Shown: positions 7,185-16,136, numbered from the stretch's first letter. The stretch: 64,000 nt of DNA from Gemmatimonadota bacterium (GCA_039591655.1 JBDHDE010000005.1:1-64000); one strand, 5' to 3'. The notes: generated by a model from the sequence alone, not told the origin. Numbers and translations: made by a program.

Positions 7185-9464
7185 ATGCCCCGCGCACATT
7201 GGGTGGGCATGGCAGACTTTGTGGAACTCCTGCGGGCCGCGCTACGCGGTCGCTACTCGATCGGACGCAAGCTTGGCGAGGGCGGCATGGCTGTCGTCTT
7301 TCTCGCGAAGGACGAGCGGCATGACCGGAGCGTCGCACTCAAGGTGCTCCGGCCGGATCTGGCCTCCGAGGTCGGCGCGGAGCGATTCTTGAGGGAGATC
7401 AAGATCGCGGCCAAGCTGACCCACCCGCACATCCTCCCCCTGTATGACTCCGGCGAGGCCGACGGCTTCCTGTTCTACGTGATGCCCCTCATGGAGGGAC
7501 GGTCGTTACGGGAGCGCGTTGACAAGGAACGGCAGCTTCCACTGGATGAAGCAGTTCGCATCACGCAGGAGGTCGCGTCGGCGCTCGACTACGCGCATCG
7601 CCATGGTGTCATTCACCGGGACATCAAGCCAGCGAACATCTTGCTCCACGAAGGGGCGGCCATGGTGGCCGACTTCGGGATTGGCAAGCTGGTGAGCGCA
7701 GCCGAGGGCAAGATCACACAGACCGGGATGGCAATCGGCACGCCAGCGTACATGAGTCCGGAACAGGCATCTGCGGATTTCGAAGTGGATGGCCGCAGCG
7801 ATCTCTACAGCCTCGGATGCGTCCTGTACGAGATGCTGTCCGGTGAGCCGCCATACACTGGACCCACCGCGCAGGCGGTGATCGCCAAGCGGCTCGGCGC
7901 GCCGGTTCCGCACGTCAAAGTGGTTCGTGACGTCGCCGATCCGGTGGACGCGGTCGTCACGAGGGCGCTCGCGCGCACGCCGGTCGACCGATTTGCCTCA
8001 GCAGCCGAGTTTGCCGCGGCGCTGCGGGATGCACAGAGCGGAACGTTGCATACTCCGGAGGCTGTGCTGGCCGTCGGACAGGCCGGTAGCGATATCAAAT
8101 CCGTTGCGGTGCTGCCGTTCGCCAACTTGAGCGCGGATCCCGAGAACGAGTACTTCAGCGACGGCATGACTGAGGAGATCATCAACGTTCTCGGCAAGGT
8201 ACCGGGCATCCAGGTTGCGTCACGCACGTCGAGTTTCGCCTTCAAGGGTAAGGACGTCGACGTGCGACAGATCGGAGAGAAACTGGGTGTTGGGATCGTG
8301 CTCGAGGGAAGCGTACGCAAGGTGGGCCAGCGGATCCGCATTACCACGCAGCTCACCGATGTCACCAACGGCTACAACCTCTGGAACGAGACGTACGACC
8401 GGCAACTGGAGGACGTGTTCGCCATTCAGGACGAGATCTCCCGAGCGATCGCGGACGCCCTCAAGGTCAAGCTCGTCGGCGATATGGGGAGACGGATGGC
8501 CCCCGCGCCGGAGAACCTCGAAGCGTACAACCTCTACCTAAAAGGACGCTTCTTCTACAACAAGTTCACCGAGGTCGATCTCCGGCGAGGCGTCGAGCTG
8601 TTTGAGCACGCCTTGAAGGAGGCCCCGAAGTATGCTCGTGCCCACGCCGGTATCGCGGACTGTTGGGCCTATCTCGCGGACGATTGGGTGGCCCCAGACG
8701 AGGCGTACCCCAAGGCGAAAGCATCCGCGATGCGCGCGCTCGACCTCGAACCGTCCCTCGGAGACGCGTTCACCGCGCTGGGCAAGGTGCTGTGCTGGTA
8801 CGAGTGGGATTTCGCGGGTGCCGAACGGGAGCTGACGAGTGCGGTGAACCTGAACCCGAACTCGGCCGAAGCGCGCTTTGTCTTGGGCAGCGCGTTGCCG
8901 TGCGTCGGCAAGCTCGACAGGGGACTCGAGGAGCTGCGGCAGGCGCTCGTACTCGATCCGCTCGCCCCGCTGTTCAGTCGGTGGGTGGGCCGCTACCTGC
9001 TCTTCTCGGGCGACTACGACGGCACGATCGAGCAGAGCGAGAAGACGCTGGAGCTGGACCCCAACTACTTCCACTCGTTCCTTGATATCGGCTCCGCCTA
9101 CCTCGGCAAGGGCGCTCCCGAACACGCCCTCGAGTGGTACCGGAAGGGCCAGTCACTGCCGTCCAGCGTCCGCTCGTATGATGCACACCTGGTTCGTGCA
9201 CTTGCGGCCACGGGCCAGCAGGAAGAAGCACAAGCGATCCTCGAGCGGCTCGAAAAGGAGGCTCAGGAGCACTACCTCAGATCTGAAGTGCTCGCGATGG
9301 GCTATGCCGCCGTGGGGGACTTCGATGGGGCGTTCGCCGGCCTCGAGCAGGCAGTTCGGTCGCGCTCGGGAGGGCTCATCTTCATCCACCTGGATCCTGG
9401 CTACGAACCGCTGCGGACGGATGCGCGGTTCGCCAGGATCGTCGAGCAGGTGGGGGTCAGGTAG
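7185..9464 (+). CDS. Ser/Thr protein kinase with C-terminal TM, TolB-N-like region and TPR repeats (complete paralogue of the kinase at 1-2211)
   Basis: Gly-rich loop LGEGGMAVVF, VALK Lys, HRDIKPANILL catalytic loop, DFG, APE (GTPAYMSPEQ). Then LPFANLSADPENEYFSDGMTEEI motif and TPR-like repeats. Confidence 0.85.
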   Translation: MPRAHWVGMADFVELLRAALRGRYSIGRKLGEGGMAVVFLAKDERHDRSVALKVLRPDLASEVGAERFLREIKIAAKLTHPHILPLYDSGEADGFLFYVMPLMEGRSLRERVDKERQLPLDEAVRITQEVASALDYAHRHGVIHRDIKPANILLHEGAAMVADFGIGKLVSAAEGKITQTGMAIGTPAYMSPEQASADFEVDGRSDLYSLGCVLYEMLSGEPPYTGPTAQAVIAKRLGAPVPHVKVVRDVADPVDAVVTRALARTPVDRFASAAEFAAALRDAQSGTLHTPEAVLAVGQAGSDIKSVAVLPFANLSADPENEYFSDGMTEEIINVLGKVPGIQVASRTSSFAFKGKDVDVRQIGEKLGVGIVLEGSVRKVGQRIRITTQLTDVTNGYNLWNETYDRQLEDVFAIQDEISRAIADALKVKLVGDMGRRMAPAPENLEAYNLYLKGRFFYNKFTEVDLRRGVELFEHALKEAPKYARAHAGIADCWAYLADDWVAPDEAYPKAKASAMRALDLEPSLGDAFTALGKVLCWYEWDFAGAERELTSAVNLNPNSAEARFVLGSALPCVGKLDRGLEELRQALVLDPLAPLFSRWVGRYLLFSGDYDGTIEQSEKTLELDPNYFHSFLDIGSAYLGKGAPEHALEWYRKGQSLPSSVRSYDAHLVRALAATGQQEEAQAILERLEKEAQEHYLRSEVLAMGYAAVGDFDGAFAGLEQAVRSRSGGLIFIHLDPGYEPLRTDARFARIVEQVGVR

Positions 9465-9554
9465 CGGTCACCGCACCCGTGTTGCCCCAACCAGCACTGC
9501 CTCGCCAAGCCAGTACCCCCCGAGCTGCTCGAGTCTGAGCGACGCTGCTAACGT

Positions 9555-9716
9555 ATGTCGAGACTCTTGGCGGTGATCGGCGCGACCGTTGGGTGCACCC
9601 TAGGGTGGTGGCTGGGTGCGCAGGTTGGCTTCATGACCGCATTCCTGGTAGGCGTCGTCGGAACGGCGCTCGGCGTCTACATAGGCCGCCGTATTGCGCG
9701 AGATTACCTAGAGTGA
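9555..9716 (+). CDS. Small (53 aa) glycine-zipper membrane protein, not in ORF track
   Basis: Hand translation: MSRLLAVIGATVGCTLGWWLGAQVGFMTAFLVGVVGTALGVYIGRRIARDYLE. Paralogous to the 43-aa protein at 20420-20551 (shared GW..G...G zipper and C-terminal R-E/D-Y-L-E/D). Confidence 0.4.
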   Translation: MSRLLAVIGATVGCTLGWWLGAQVGFMTAFLVGVVGTALGVYIGRRIARDYLE

Positions 9717-9744
9717 ACGGGCCGATGGCTCCGGTTGCCGTGCC

Positions 9745-9804
9745 GCCTAACCCACGCCCGCAGCTGATGCGCGAAGTTGTCAGGCAGAACACAGACCGTT
9801 AGGC
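9745..9804 (+). other. attC-like site (60 bp): GCCTAACccacgCCCGCAGCTGATGCGCGAAGTtgtcaggcagaacacagaccGTTAGGC
   Basis: Exact RYYYAAC (GCCTAAC) and GTTRRRY (GTTAGGC) cores, mutually complementary, at the classic 59-be length. Shares the CCCGCAGCTSATGCGCGAAGT motif with the site at 6324-6464. Confidence 0.6.
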
Positions 9805-9933
9805 GGCGGCGGTCGTCCACCTTGGTATCGCGTGTGAACCTATTTCGATTGCAGGAAGAGGCTTTTCAGGTTCATCAGGAACGTTGGTTCTAGCGCATCA
9901 GATTCGTTGATTTCGATTGTTAAGGAGCAGATT

Positions 9934-10305
9934 ATGGACCTCGGTGCATTCTCGATCAGCTTGGCAGTGAAGGACATCGGAGCATCGAAGGAGTTTTACG
10001 AGAAGCTCGGTTTCGAAGTCTTCGGCGGCGATGCCTCGCAGAACTGGCTGATCATGAAGAATGGCGATCACGCGATCGGGCTCTTTCAGGGAATGTTCGA
10101 GAAGAACACCCTGACATTCAATCCTGGCTGGGACAGTAACGCCCATGAGCTCGATACCTACACAGATGTCCGCGAGCTACAGCGTCATCTGAAGGAGCAG
10201 GGAGTAGAGCTGATCAGCGAGGCGGACGAGAGCACCTCCGGACCCGCGAGTTTTATCGCAGTGGATCCTGATGGAAACCCGATCCTCGTCGATCAGCATG
10301 TCTGA
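9934..10305 (+). CDS. VOC (glyoxalase/bleomycin-resistance/dioxygenase) family protein; putative cassette
   Basis: [29 protein letters not shown] is a VOC beta-alpha-beta-beta-beta module. Start at ATG 9934 with SD AAGGAG 6 nt upstream; ORF-track start at 9907 rejected. Confidence 0.6.
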   Translation: MDLGAFSISLAVKDIGASKEFYEKLGFEVFGGDASQNWLIMKNGDHAIGLFQGMFEKNTLTFNPGWDSNAHELDTYTDVRELQRHLKEQGVELISEADESTSGPASFIAVDPDGNPILVDQHV

Positions 10306-10327
10306 GCCATTGCACGCGCCCCTGGGC

Positions 10328-10449
10328 GGATTAGGCTGCACGCACGTTATGGGCGACAGCTCGCAGCCTGTTGCCGAGGTATGTTTGGTGTTAGACGGAG
10401 TATTCGGCAGGGCGGCAGTACAGATGACTCAGTCTAATACTAGTTAGGC
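10328..10449 (+). repeat. Stand-alone copy of the repeat family's 3' module (GATTAGGCTGC...GCAGCCT hairpin ... GATGACTCAGTCTAATACTAGTTAGGC), attC-like
   Basis: Matches 5746-5864 and 16813-16933. Ends in GTTAGGC (10443-10449); an additional GTTAGAC at 10391-10397. Confidence 0.6.
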
Positions 10450-10507
10450 GGATGCCCGTGCCACTCCGGAGCAGCGCCGACTTCGCTCCCATGCAACCGG
10501 GGCACCT

Positions 10508-10852
10508 GTGATTAACGGCATCCACGCGCTCATCTATGCCCAGCAGGCCGAAGAGGTCCGTGCTTTTTTTCGCGACACGCTCGGCTTGCCATCAGTCGAT
10601 GCCGGCAAGGGCTGGCTGATCTTCGCCCTGCCGCCGGCCGAACTAGCGGTCCATCCTGCCGACGAGGGGGCCTACGAGCTGTATCTCATGTGCGACGACC
10701 TCCACGCCACTATGGCGGATCTAGAGCGGCGAGGAGTCACGTTCTCTCAACCGGTCACCGAGCAGTCATGGGGGCTGGTCACCTCCATCCGCCTGCCGGG
10801 TGGCACGGAAATGCGGCTTTACGAACCACGCCATCCCTCACCGCTGACGTAG
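10508..10852 (+). CDS. VOC (glyoxalase-like) family protein, GTG start; putative cassette
   Basis: 114 aa; HALIYAQQAEEVRAFFRDTLGLPSVDAGKGWLIFALPPAELAVHP is the VOC fold. Second VOC in consecutive units. Confidence 0.5.
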   Translation: MINGIHALIYAQQAEEVRAFFRDTLGLPSVDAGKGWLIFALPPAELAVHPADEGAYELYLMCDDLHATMADLERRGVTFSQPVTEQSWGLVTSIRLPGGTEMRLYEPRHPSPLT

Positions 10853-10933
10853 CAGGCGGGCCCCGGAGTCATCTGACTCTGGATCACTGGACCCGCTCCG
10901 CACTCTCCATGTTGCCTACCCAAAGGCCCGCCC

Positions 10934-10989
10934 TTGACACCCCACTCACCATATTGTACTATATGACCATAACACTAGTATTATAGTAC
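10934..10989 (+). promoter_or_regulatory. Sigma70-like promoter (TTGACA-17-TACTAT) overlapped by palindromic operator GTACTATA-N18-TATAGTAC upstream of the GntR gene
   Basis: -35 TTGACA at 10934-10939, 17-bp spacer, -10 TACTAT at 10957-10962. Inverted repeat GTACTATA (10956-10963) / TATAGTAC (10982-10989), the GT..AC-type palindrome typical of GntR operators. Confidence 0.5.
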
Positions 10990-11006
10990 GCAAGGGATAC
11001 GGAACC

Positions 11007-11381
11007 TTGGAATTCTCCATCGACCCGAAGAGCGGCGTCCCCTTTTACCGGCAGATCATCGAGCGGGTCAAGTTCGGCATCGCCCGGGGTCTTCTCACGC
11101 CGGGGGACCAACTCCCCACGGTCCGGCAGCTCGCCACGGACTGTTCGGTCAATCCCAACACCGTCATCCGCGCCTACCGACAAATGGAGATCGAGGGCGT
11201 GCTGGACACGCAGCAGGGTTCCGGGACTTTCGTCAGCGACCGCCGGCCGGAGATCGACGATCTCGAGCGCCGCCGGATGCTCGACCAGATCCTCACCGAA
11301 ATGCTGGCCCGCGCCTCTGGGTATGGGTTCACGGTCGACGAGGTGTTCGAGGGGCTGCACCAGCGAAGGGAGGAGTCATGA
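11007..11381 (+). CDS. GntR-family transcriptional regulator (small, YhcF/YtrA-like), TTG start
   Basis: N-terminal wHTH: GDQLPTVRQLATDCSVNPNTVIRAYRQMEIEGVLDTQQGSGTFV (GntR signature). Stop overlaps the next gene's start (ATGA). Confidence 0.7.
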   Translation: MEFSIDPKSGVPFYRQIIERVKFGIARGLLTPGDQLPTVRQLATDCSVNPNTVIRAYRQMEIEGVLDTQQGSGTFVSDRRPEIDDLERRRMLDQILTEMLARASGYGFTVDEVFEGLHQRREES

Positions 11382-12487
11382 TCCACCGAACCTCCAAACA
11401 CCACCGTCCCGGGAAGTCGCAATTTGGGATCTCCCTTGAGAGATTCGCCACTTCGAGCCGGGCCGACTTTCGATTCGCACCCCTCAACGCCCTGTTGCTG
11501 GTGGCAATGTTCGTGATCGGGCTGACGGTGCACCTGAACGTACACGAGTTCACGATAAAGGCTGTCTACCTCTCCCTTGGATCGGCGCTGGGCCTCACTA
11601 TCCTCATTCGTTGGACCCAGGTGTGGGAAGCCGTCGTCATCCTCGGCACCGCCGTCTGCCTGACGATCTTCCTCGAGCTGCGTCCGAACAGCGAGATCCT
11701 GCTGGCGACCGCCATCGTGGCGCTGCTCGTGTCTCCCGCTGTCCAGATCGCCTACCAGTGGGAGCGGGCCGTGCTGCTCCGCTTCGGCAAGTTTTGTGGA
11801 TTGCGCAAGTCGGGTCTGTTTCCCGTCGTGCCGGTGATCGACAAGGTGGCCCAGTTCGTGGACCAGCGAATCCGGGTAACCGACTTCAGCGCCGAGACGA
11901 CCCTCACCGCCGATACGGTCCCGGTCAACGTGGACGCCATCGCGTTCTGGATGGTGTGGGACGCGGAGAAGGCGGTCCTGGAGGTGGAGCAGTTCGACGA
12001 CGCGGTGATCATGTCGGCACAGACGGCCCTGCGGAACGCCATCGGGAAGAATGACCTGGCAGTGCTGCTTTCCGAGCGTGACCGGTTGGGCAGCGAGATT
12101 CAGAAGCTGCTCGACTCGAAGACCAACGCCTGGGGCATCACCACCGAGGCAGTGGAGATCCGCGACATCATCATTCCCGAGGCTCTCGAAGATGCCATGT
12201 CGCGCCAGGCCCAGGCGGAGCGGGAGCGCCAGAGCCGCATCATCCTCGGCACTGCCGAGACCGAGATTGCGGAGAAGTTCGCCAAAGCGTCGGAGCATTA
12301 CCAGGACAACAGCGTCGCCCTGCATCTGCGGGCGATGAACATGGTCTACGAGGGATTGCGGCAGAAAGGCTCGATGGTCATCGTGCCCTCCACCGCAGTG
12401 GAGAGCATGGGCCTGGGAGCCCTCGGCGGGTTGACCGCCCTTGGCCGTGACGTGACTCCGCAAGACGCAGACCACGCCGAACCATGA
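11378..12487 (+). CDS. SPFH/band-7 (stomatin/prohibitin/HflKC-like) domain membrane protein
   Basis: N-terminal TM helices, then an SPFH core (PVIDKVAQFVDQRIRVTDF...TADTVPVNVDAIAFWMV...EIRDIIIPEALEDAMSRQAQAERERQSRI). SD GGGAGGAG; translationally coupled to the GntR gene. Confidence 0.7.
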   Translation: MIHRTSKHHRPGKSQFGISLERFATSSRADFRFAPLNALLLVAMFVIGLTVHLNVHEFTIKAVYLSLGSALGLTILIRWTQVWEAVVILGTAVCLTIFLELRPNSEILLATAIVALLVSPAVQIAYQWERAVLLRFGKFCGLRKSGLFPVVPVIDKVAQFVDQRIRVTDFSAETTLTADTVPVNVDAIAFWMVWDAEKAVLEVEQFDDAVIMSAQTALRNAIGKNDLAVLLSERDRLGSEIQKLLDSKTNAWGITTEAVEIRDIIIPEALEDAMSRQAQAERERQSRIILGTAETEIAEKFAKASEHYQDNSVALHLRAMNMVYEGLRQKGSMVIVPSTAVESMGLGALGGLTALGRDVTPQDADHAEP

Positions 12488-12542
12488 GCACGCAGACAGT
12501 TAGGTGCCCGGTTAGGCACGGCAACACGAAAGGGGGATCAAC

Positions 12543-12746
12543 ATGAAGCCGGCTGCAACGGTAGCCATCGTATTCCTTCTCCTGGTCGCGCTCGTGCATT
12601 TGCTCCGCCTGCTCTTCGGCGTTGCGATCACCGTGAGTGATACGACCATTCCAATGTGGGCGAGTGTCCTGGCCGTCATGGGCCCTGGAGCTCTGGCAGT
12701 GTGGTTGTGGCGCGAACAGTCCGCACCCCGCACGCCGACCGCCTAA
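12543..12746 (+). CDS. Small (67 aa) two-TM membrane protein
   Basis: MKPAATVAIVFLLLVALVHLLRLLFGVAITV... is hydrophobic. Its TAA stop lies inside the GCCTAAC core of the following attC-like site. Confidence 0.4.
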   Translation: MKPAATVAIVFLLLVALVHLLRLLFGVAITVSDTTIPMWASVLAVMGPGALAVWLWREQSAPRTPTA

Positions 12747-12795
12747 CGCGCGGCGGGCACGCGGGCGTTTCAGACGGAATGTCATGACGTTGGGC
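12741..12795 (+). other. attC-like site (55 bp): GCCTAAC ... GTTGGGC
   Basis: Exact RYYYAAC and GTTRRRY cores. The stop codon of the upstream ORF is embedded in the 5' core, as is common in integron cassettes. Confidence 0.45.
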
Positions 12796-12838
12796 AGAAA
12801 GCGGGCCCAGACTGAGACCCACCGAAGATTGGCCGATC
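12792..12838. repeat. Fragment (5' conserved block) of the repeat family, starting inside/right after the attC-like 3' core: GGGCAGAAAGCGGGCCCAGACTGAGACCCACCGAAGATTGGCCGATC
   Basis: Near-identical to the 5' blocks at 5299, 16367, 4066 and 2308. Confidence 0.7.
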
Positions 12839-12994
12839 ACCCGGGCTCTCTTTCTGAAGGGAGCTGCGGTACTGAAGCTCAAGGTGGCACAGCGCCCGGC
12901 CCCATGCCGGGCGCTGTTGTTTCCGGTCCAAGAATCCCGACGAGTGCTCGCCTTCACACACCAGTCGGCGCGGGCAAACCTCGCCTCTCGCGCT

Positions 12995-13960
12995 TCAGTT
13001 CGTGATCGTCGCCGTTCCGGTCGGCAAGGGACTCAAGGCGGTGATCGTCCGCTGGTCCGTCGGCCCACCATCGCCAAATGGATTCCCAAACGGCTTGAGT
13101 TGAAACGGTACGGCCGCGAGCGTCGCCTCGCCTTCGTCGAACGTGGGTTCGATCGAGATTACGTGCATCCACTCGCTGTCGCCGGTCACCTGGTCGTCCC
13201 CATTGAAGTCGAAGGGAAGCGCAATACCCCCGGGCACTGTATTTCCGTTGTCCATCACGAAGTCTCCGCCGGGGAAGGGTGGGCCGGCGCCCAAATCACC
13301 GGGCGCACCCGACAACGGCCCGGCGGCGTCACTGTCCCGTGTGCTCACCGTGCCGCCCGCCTGAGGCTCGTACTTACCGTAGGAGATGGCAGTCTGCATG
13401 GCGGTACCCGGCCTGTGAACGACCCAACCCTCGTAGACCCAACCGTCGGTGAGCGGTGGAAGCGTGACTGATGGGTCGGGTGCGCCGGAGGGATCGAGCA
13501 GCCAGATGCCCCCGTCGTCATCGCTGCCGGTCGTGGTAGTCGGCGTCAGCAGCACGTGGGTGCCCGGGGTCGTCGCGAAGTCGGCCGAACTGCTCACAGT
13601 GACGAACCCGAGGGCCGAAAGCGTCGCCATCCCGCTGGAGAACGCTCCGCCCAGGAGCTTCTGATCGGATGGGATGTCGTCAGTGTCGCCAGGCGGTTCG
13701 ACAGTGAGCACGAACATCATGGGCTCGGCGATCGGACTGGTGAACGTGTGCTGCCCGGAGGCTTCGAGATCGAACTTGCCCGTCGAGAACGGCGATCCAC
13801 TCGCGTCGATGACCCAACCTTCGTACGTACCCTCGGTCGCCGCGTCGAGGGCTGCGAGATCTTGGAACGCGACGTCGAGCGTCGCCATCTCTGGTCCTTC
13901 GTCTCCGCAGGCGACGAGTGCCGCGATCGCGAGGACGCCGACGTATCGCTTGAGCAACAT
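12995..13960 (-). CDS. Hypothetical lipoprotein (lipobox LVAC), Gly/Asp/Thr-rich secreted protein
   Basis: Signal peptide MLLKRYVGVLAIAALVACGDEG. SD GGAGGT 6 nt upstream of ATG. Confidence 0.5.
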   Translation of the reverse strand: MLLKRYVGVLAIAALVACGDEGPEMATLDVAFQDLAALDAATEGTYEGWVIDASGSPFSTGKFDLEASGQHTFTSPIAEPMMFVLTVEPPGDTDDIPSDQKLLGGAFSSGMATLSALGFVTVSSSADFATTPGTHVLLTPTTTTGSDDDGGIWLLDPSGAPDPSVTLPPLTDGWVYEGWVVHRPGTAMQTAISYGKYEPQAGGTVSTRDSDAAGPLSGAPGDLGAGPPFPGGDFVMDNGNTVPGGIALPFDFNGDDQVTGDSEWMHVISIEPTFDEGEATLAAVPFQLKPFGNPFGDGGPTDQRTITALSPLPTGTATITN

Positions 13961-14040
13961 GGGTTACCTCCGCACGAGATGAGAGTGTACGGAGGAAGCT
14001 GGTTTGGGCGCGACAGTGTTTGAAGGGAAGACTCCGAAGG

Positions 14041-14054
14041 TTAGAGCTTTCTAA
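14041..14054. promoter_or_regulatory. Palindromic box TTAGAGCTTTCTAA (copy 1), ~85 bp upstream of the lipoprotein gene and just downstream of the HK stop
   Basis: Exact 14-mer also at 16191-16204 upstream of the response-regulator gene. Extended here to GGTTAGAGCTTTCTAACC (7-bp arms). Confidence 0.45.
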
Positions 14055-14061
14055 CCTGCCT

Positions 14062-15465
14062 TTAATCTCCGGCCGGAAGCCAAAGCACGAAACGACTGCC
14101 TTTGTTCGGCGTGCTCTCCACCGATATGCTTCCGGCTTGGAGCTGTGCGAGCATGCGGGCGATGGTGAGACCCAAGCCCGCACCTCCGTGGGCACGACTG
14201 CGCGATCCCTCCACCCGTTCGAAGCGGTCGAAGACTCGGTCGAGGTCGTTCTCCGCAATCCCTACACCGGTGTCCGTGACGGAGACTCCGACCATGCCGT
14301 CCCTCCGCTGGAGCTCGAATAGGATGCTCCCCCTTGAGGTGTAGCGGACTGCGTTGGACGCCAGGTTCAAGAGGATTTGCCGCGTGCGATCGGCGTCACC
14401 GAGCGCCTCCGCGGAGTCTGTGAGGTCGGCCTTCACATCGATGTCGCGCCCCGATGCCATCGCTTGGGTTACTTCCTCCACATCCCGCGCGACTTCGGCG
14501 AGATCGAACGGCTGCAGCGCGAGCTCGAGCTGCTGGTTCTCACCACGAGCGATGAGGAGCAGGTCCTCGATCATCTTCGTTGTCTGATCGACCTCGCGCG
14601 CAATCTCCCCAAGTGCCTCACGCATCTCTTCGAGCGACCGGTGCTCAGCTAGCGCCCACTGGGCTTGCGCACGCAGATGTGTGAGTGGCGTTCGCAGTTC
14701 GTGACTCGCGTCTGCGGTGAATGCCTCGAGGGCAGCATTGGCTCGCTCCACGCGGGCGATCAGACGATTGATCTCGTCGGCCAGCTGGGTGACCTCGGTC
14801 AGACCCGTAGGGCTGGTGACTCGCTCAGAGAGATCCCGCGGATCGATCTGTTGCGTCTCTTCGACTGTCCGCGCGAATGGGATGAGCGCCGCGAGGATCG
14901 TGCGGCGCGTTGCGCGCTGTGCGACTAACGCTGCCGCTGGCAGGAGTGCGAGGGCCACGATACCCAGGCCGAGCATCGCAACCAGGTATGGGACTCGACT
15001 GCCGGCGACGAAGATGTCGAAGTCGCCCGCACGCCGATGGCCGACCCGGTAACGCCATCGACCGCGCTCGGCGATCACGGTCACCAGCTGCCGCCGCACC
15101 TGGTTGTGTGACGCATCCGGTGCCACTCGGACCTCTTTAGCCGGCATCGTCGGCGACAGGAAGTACACGGTGCGGTCGCCTCCCTCGGTCGCTATGGCGC
15201 GAGTGATCAGAAAGGGTTCGCTCATCTCCAAGAGCTGATCCGCCAGCATAGCCGGGGCGACGGACGTGCGCTCCCCGCCGGGATCCGCGTACAGCCCCAG
15301 GAGCGACTGAACGACGTCGGCGGAGTGATCGAGCGCCCGGCGGAGCGAGAGTTCACTCACCAATGCCGAGGCGCCGATCACGATGACTGCGTACACGATG
15401 AGGGTGTGCCAGAGGACGCGGCTCAAGCTCGCAGCCAGCCGTTGACGGAGGCGAGGTTCCATCAT
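14062..15465 (-). CDS. Sensor histidine kinase (HAMP + HisKA + HATPase_c), 2 TM
   Basis: H-box FTADASHELRTPLT, N/G boxes (LNLASNAVRYT, DTGVGI, GGAGLGL). Start at ATGATG overlapping the RR stop (ATGATGA). Confidence 0.8.
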   Translation of the reverse strand: MMEPRLRQRLAASLSRVLWHTLIVYAVIVIGASALVSELSLRRALDHSADVVQSLLGLYADPGGERTSVAPAMLADQLLEMSEPFLITRAIATEGGDRTVYFLSPTMPAKEVRVAPDASHNQVRRQLVTVIAERGRWRYRVGHRRAGDFDIFVAGSRVPYLVAMLGLGIVALALLPAAALVAQRATRRTILAALIPFARTVEETQQIDPRDLSERVTSPTGLTEVTQLADEINRLIARVERANAALEAFTADASHELRTPLTHLRAQAQWALAEHRSLEEMREALGEIAREVDQTTKMIEDLLLIARGENQQLELALQPFDLAEVARDVEEVTQAMASGRDIDVKADLTDSAEALGDADRTRQILLNLASNAVRYTSRGSILFELQRRDGMVGVSVTDTGVGIAENDLDRVFDRFERVEGSRSRAHGGAGLGLTIARMLAQLQAGSISVESTPNKGSRFVLWLPAGD

Positions 15466-16136
15466 GTCGCCTCCAGCCGATAGCCCACCCCGCGCACGGT
15501 GCGGATTCTCGCTCCCGCCGTGTGGAGATCGAGTTTCTTTCTCAAGTAGTTGATGTACACGTCCACCACGTTCGTCTCCGGGTCGAAGTGGTAGTCCCAC
15601 ACGGCTTCGGCGATGCGCGATCGGGAGACCGTGCGGCCGGCGTTTCGCATCAAGAACTCGAGGAGCGCCAACTCGCGGGGGCTCAAGTCGACGGTGCGGT
15701 CGGCGCTCGAGACACGCCGCTGTAACGTATCCACTCGTAGCTGTCCGACTTCGAGTGTCGTGTCCCGATGCCGTAGCTTGGCGCGCCGAATCAGGGCAAC
15801 GATGCGAGCCATGAGTTCGGGAAGATCGAACGGCTTGGTCAGGTAATCATCCGCACCGCCTTCCAGGCCGCGGACCCGATCGTCGAGATCGTGGCGTGCA
15901 GTGAGGAGCAGAATCGGCGTCGTCACGCCTCGCTGCCGCAGCTCGGCCACGACGCTGAACCCGTCGCGCCCCGGCAGCATCACATCAAGCACGATGCAGG
16001 CGTAGTCGCCTTTCAACGCGCGGTCGAGCCCCCGGTCACCGGATTCCGCGTAATCAACGGCGTAACCCTCTTCACGCAACGCCTTGCGCAGAAACGCGCG
16101 CAGGTTTCGGTCGTCTTCCACCAACAGAATCTTCAT
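15462..16136 (-). CDS. OmpR-family response regulator (REC + winged-helix)
   Basis: MKILLVEDD...DVMLPGRDG receiver, with C-terminal trans_reg_C (LSPRELALLEFLMRNAGRTVSRSRIAEAVW...GVGYRL). Confidence 0.85.
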   Translation of the reverse strand: MKILLVEDDRNLRAFLRKALREEGYAVDYAESGDRGLDRALKGDYACIVLDVMLPGRDGFSVVAELRQRGVTTPILLLTARHDLDDRVRGLEGGADDYLTKPFDLPELMARIVALIRRAKLRHRDTTLEVGQLRVDTLQRRVSSADRTVDLSPRELALLEFLMRNAGRTVSRSRIAEAVWDYHFDPETNVVDVYINYLRKKLDLHTAGARIRTVRGVGYRLEAT

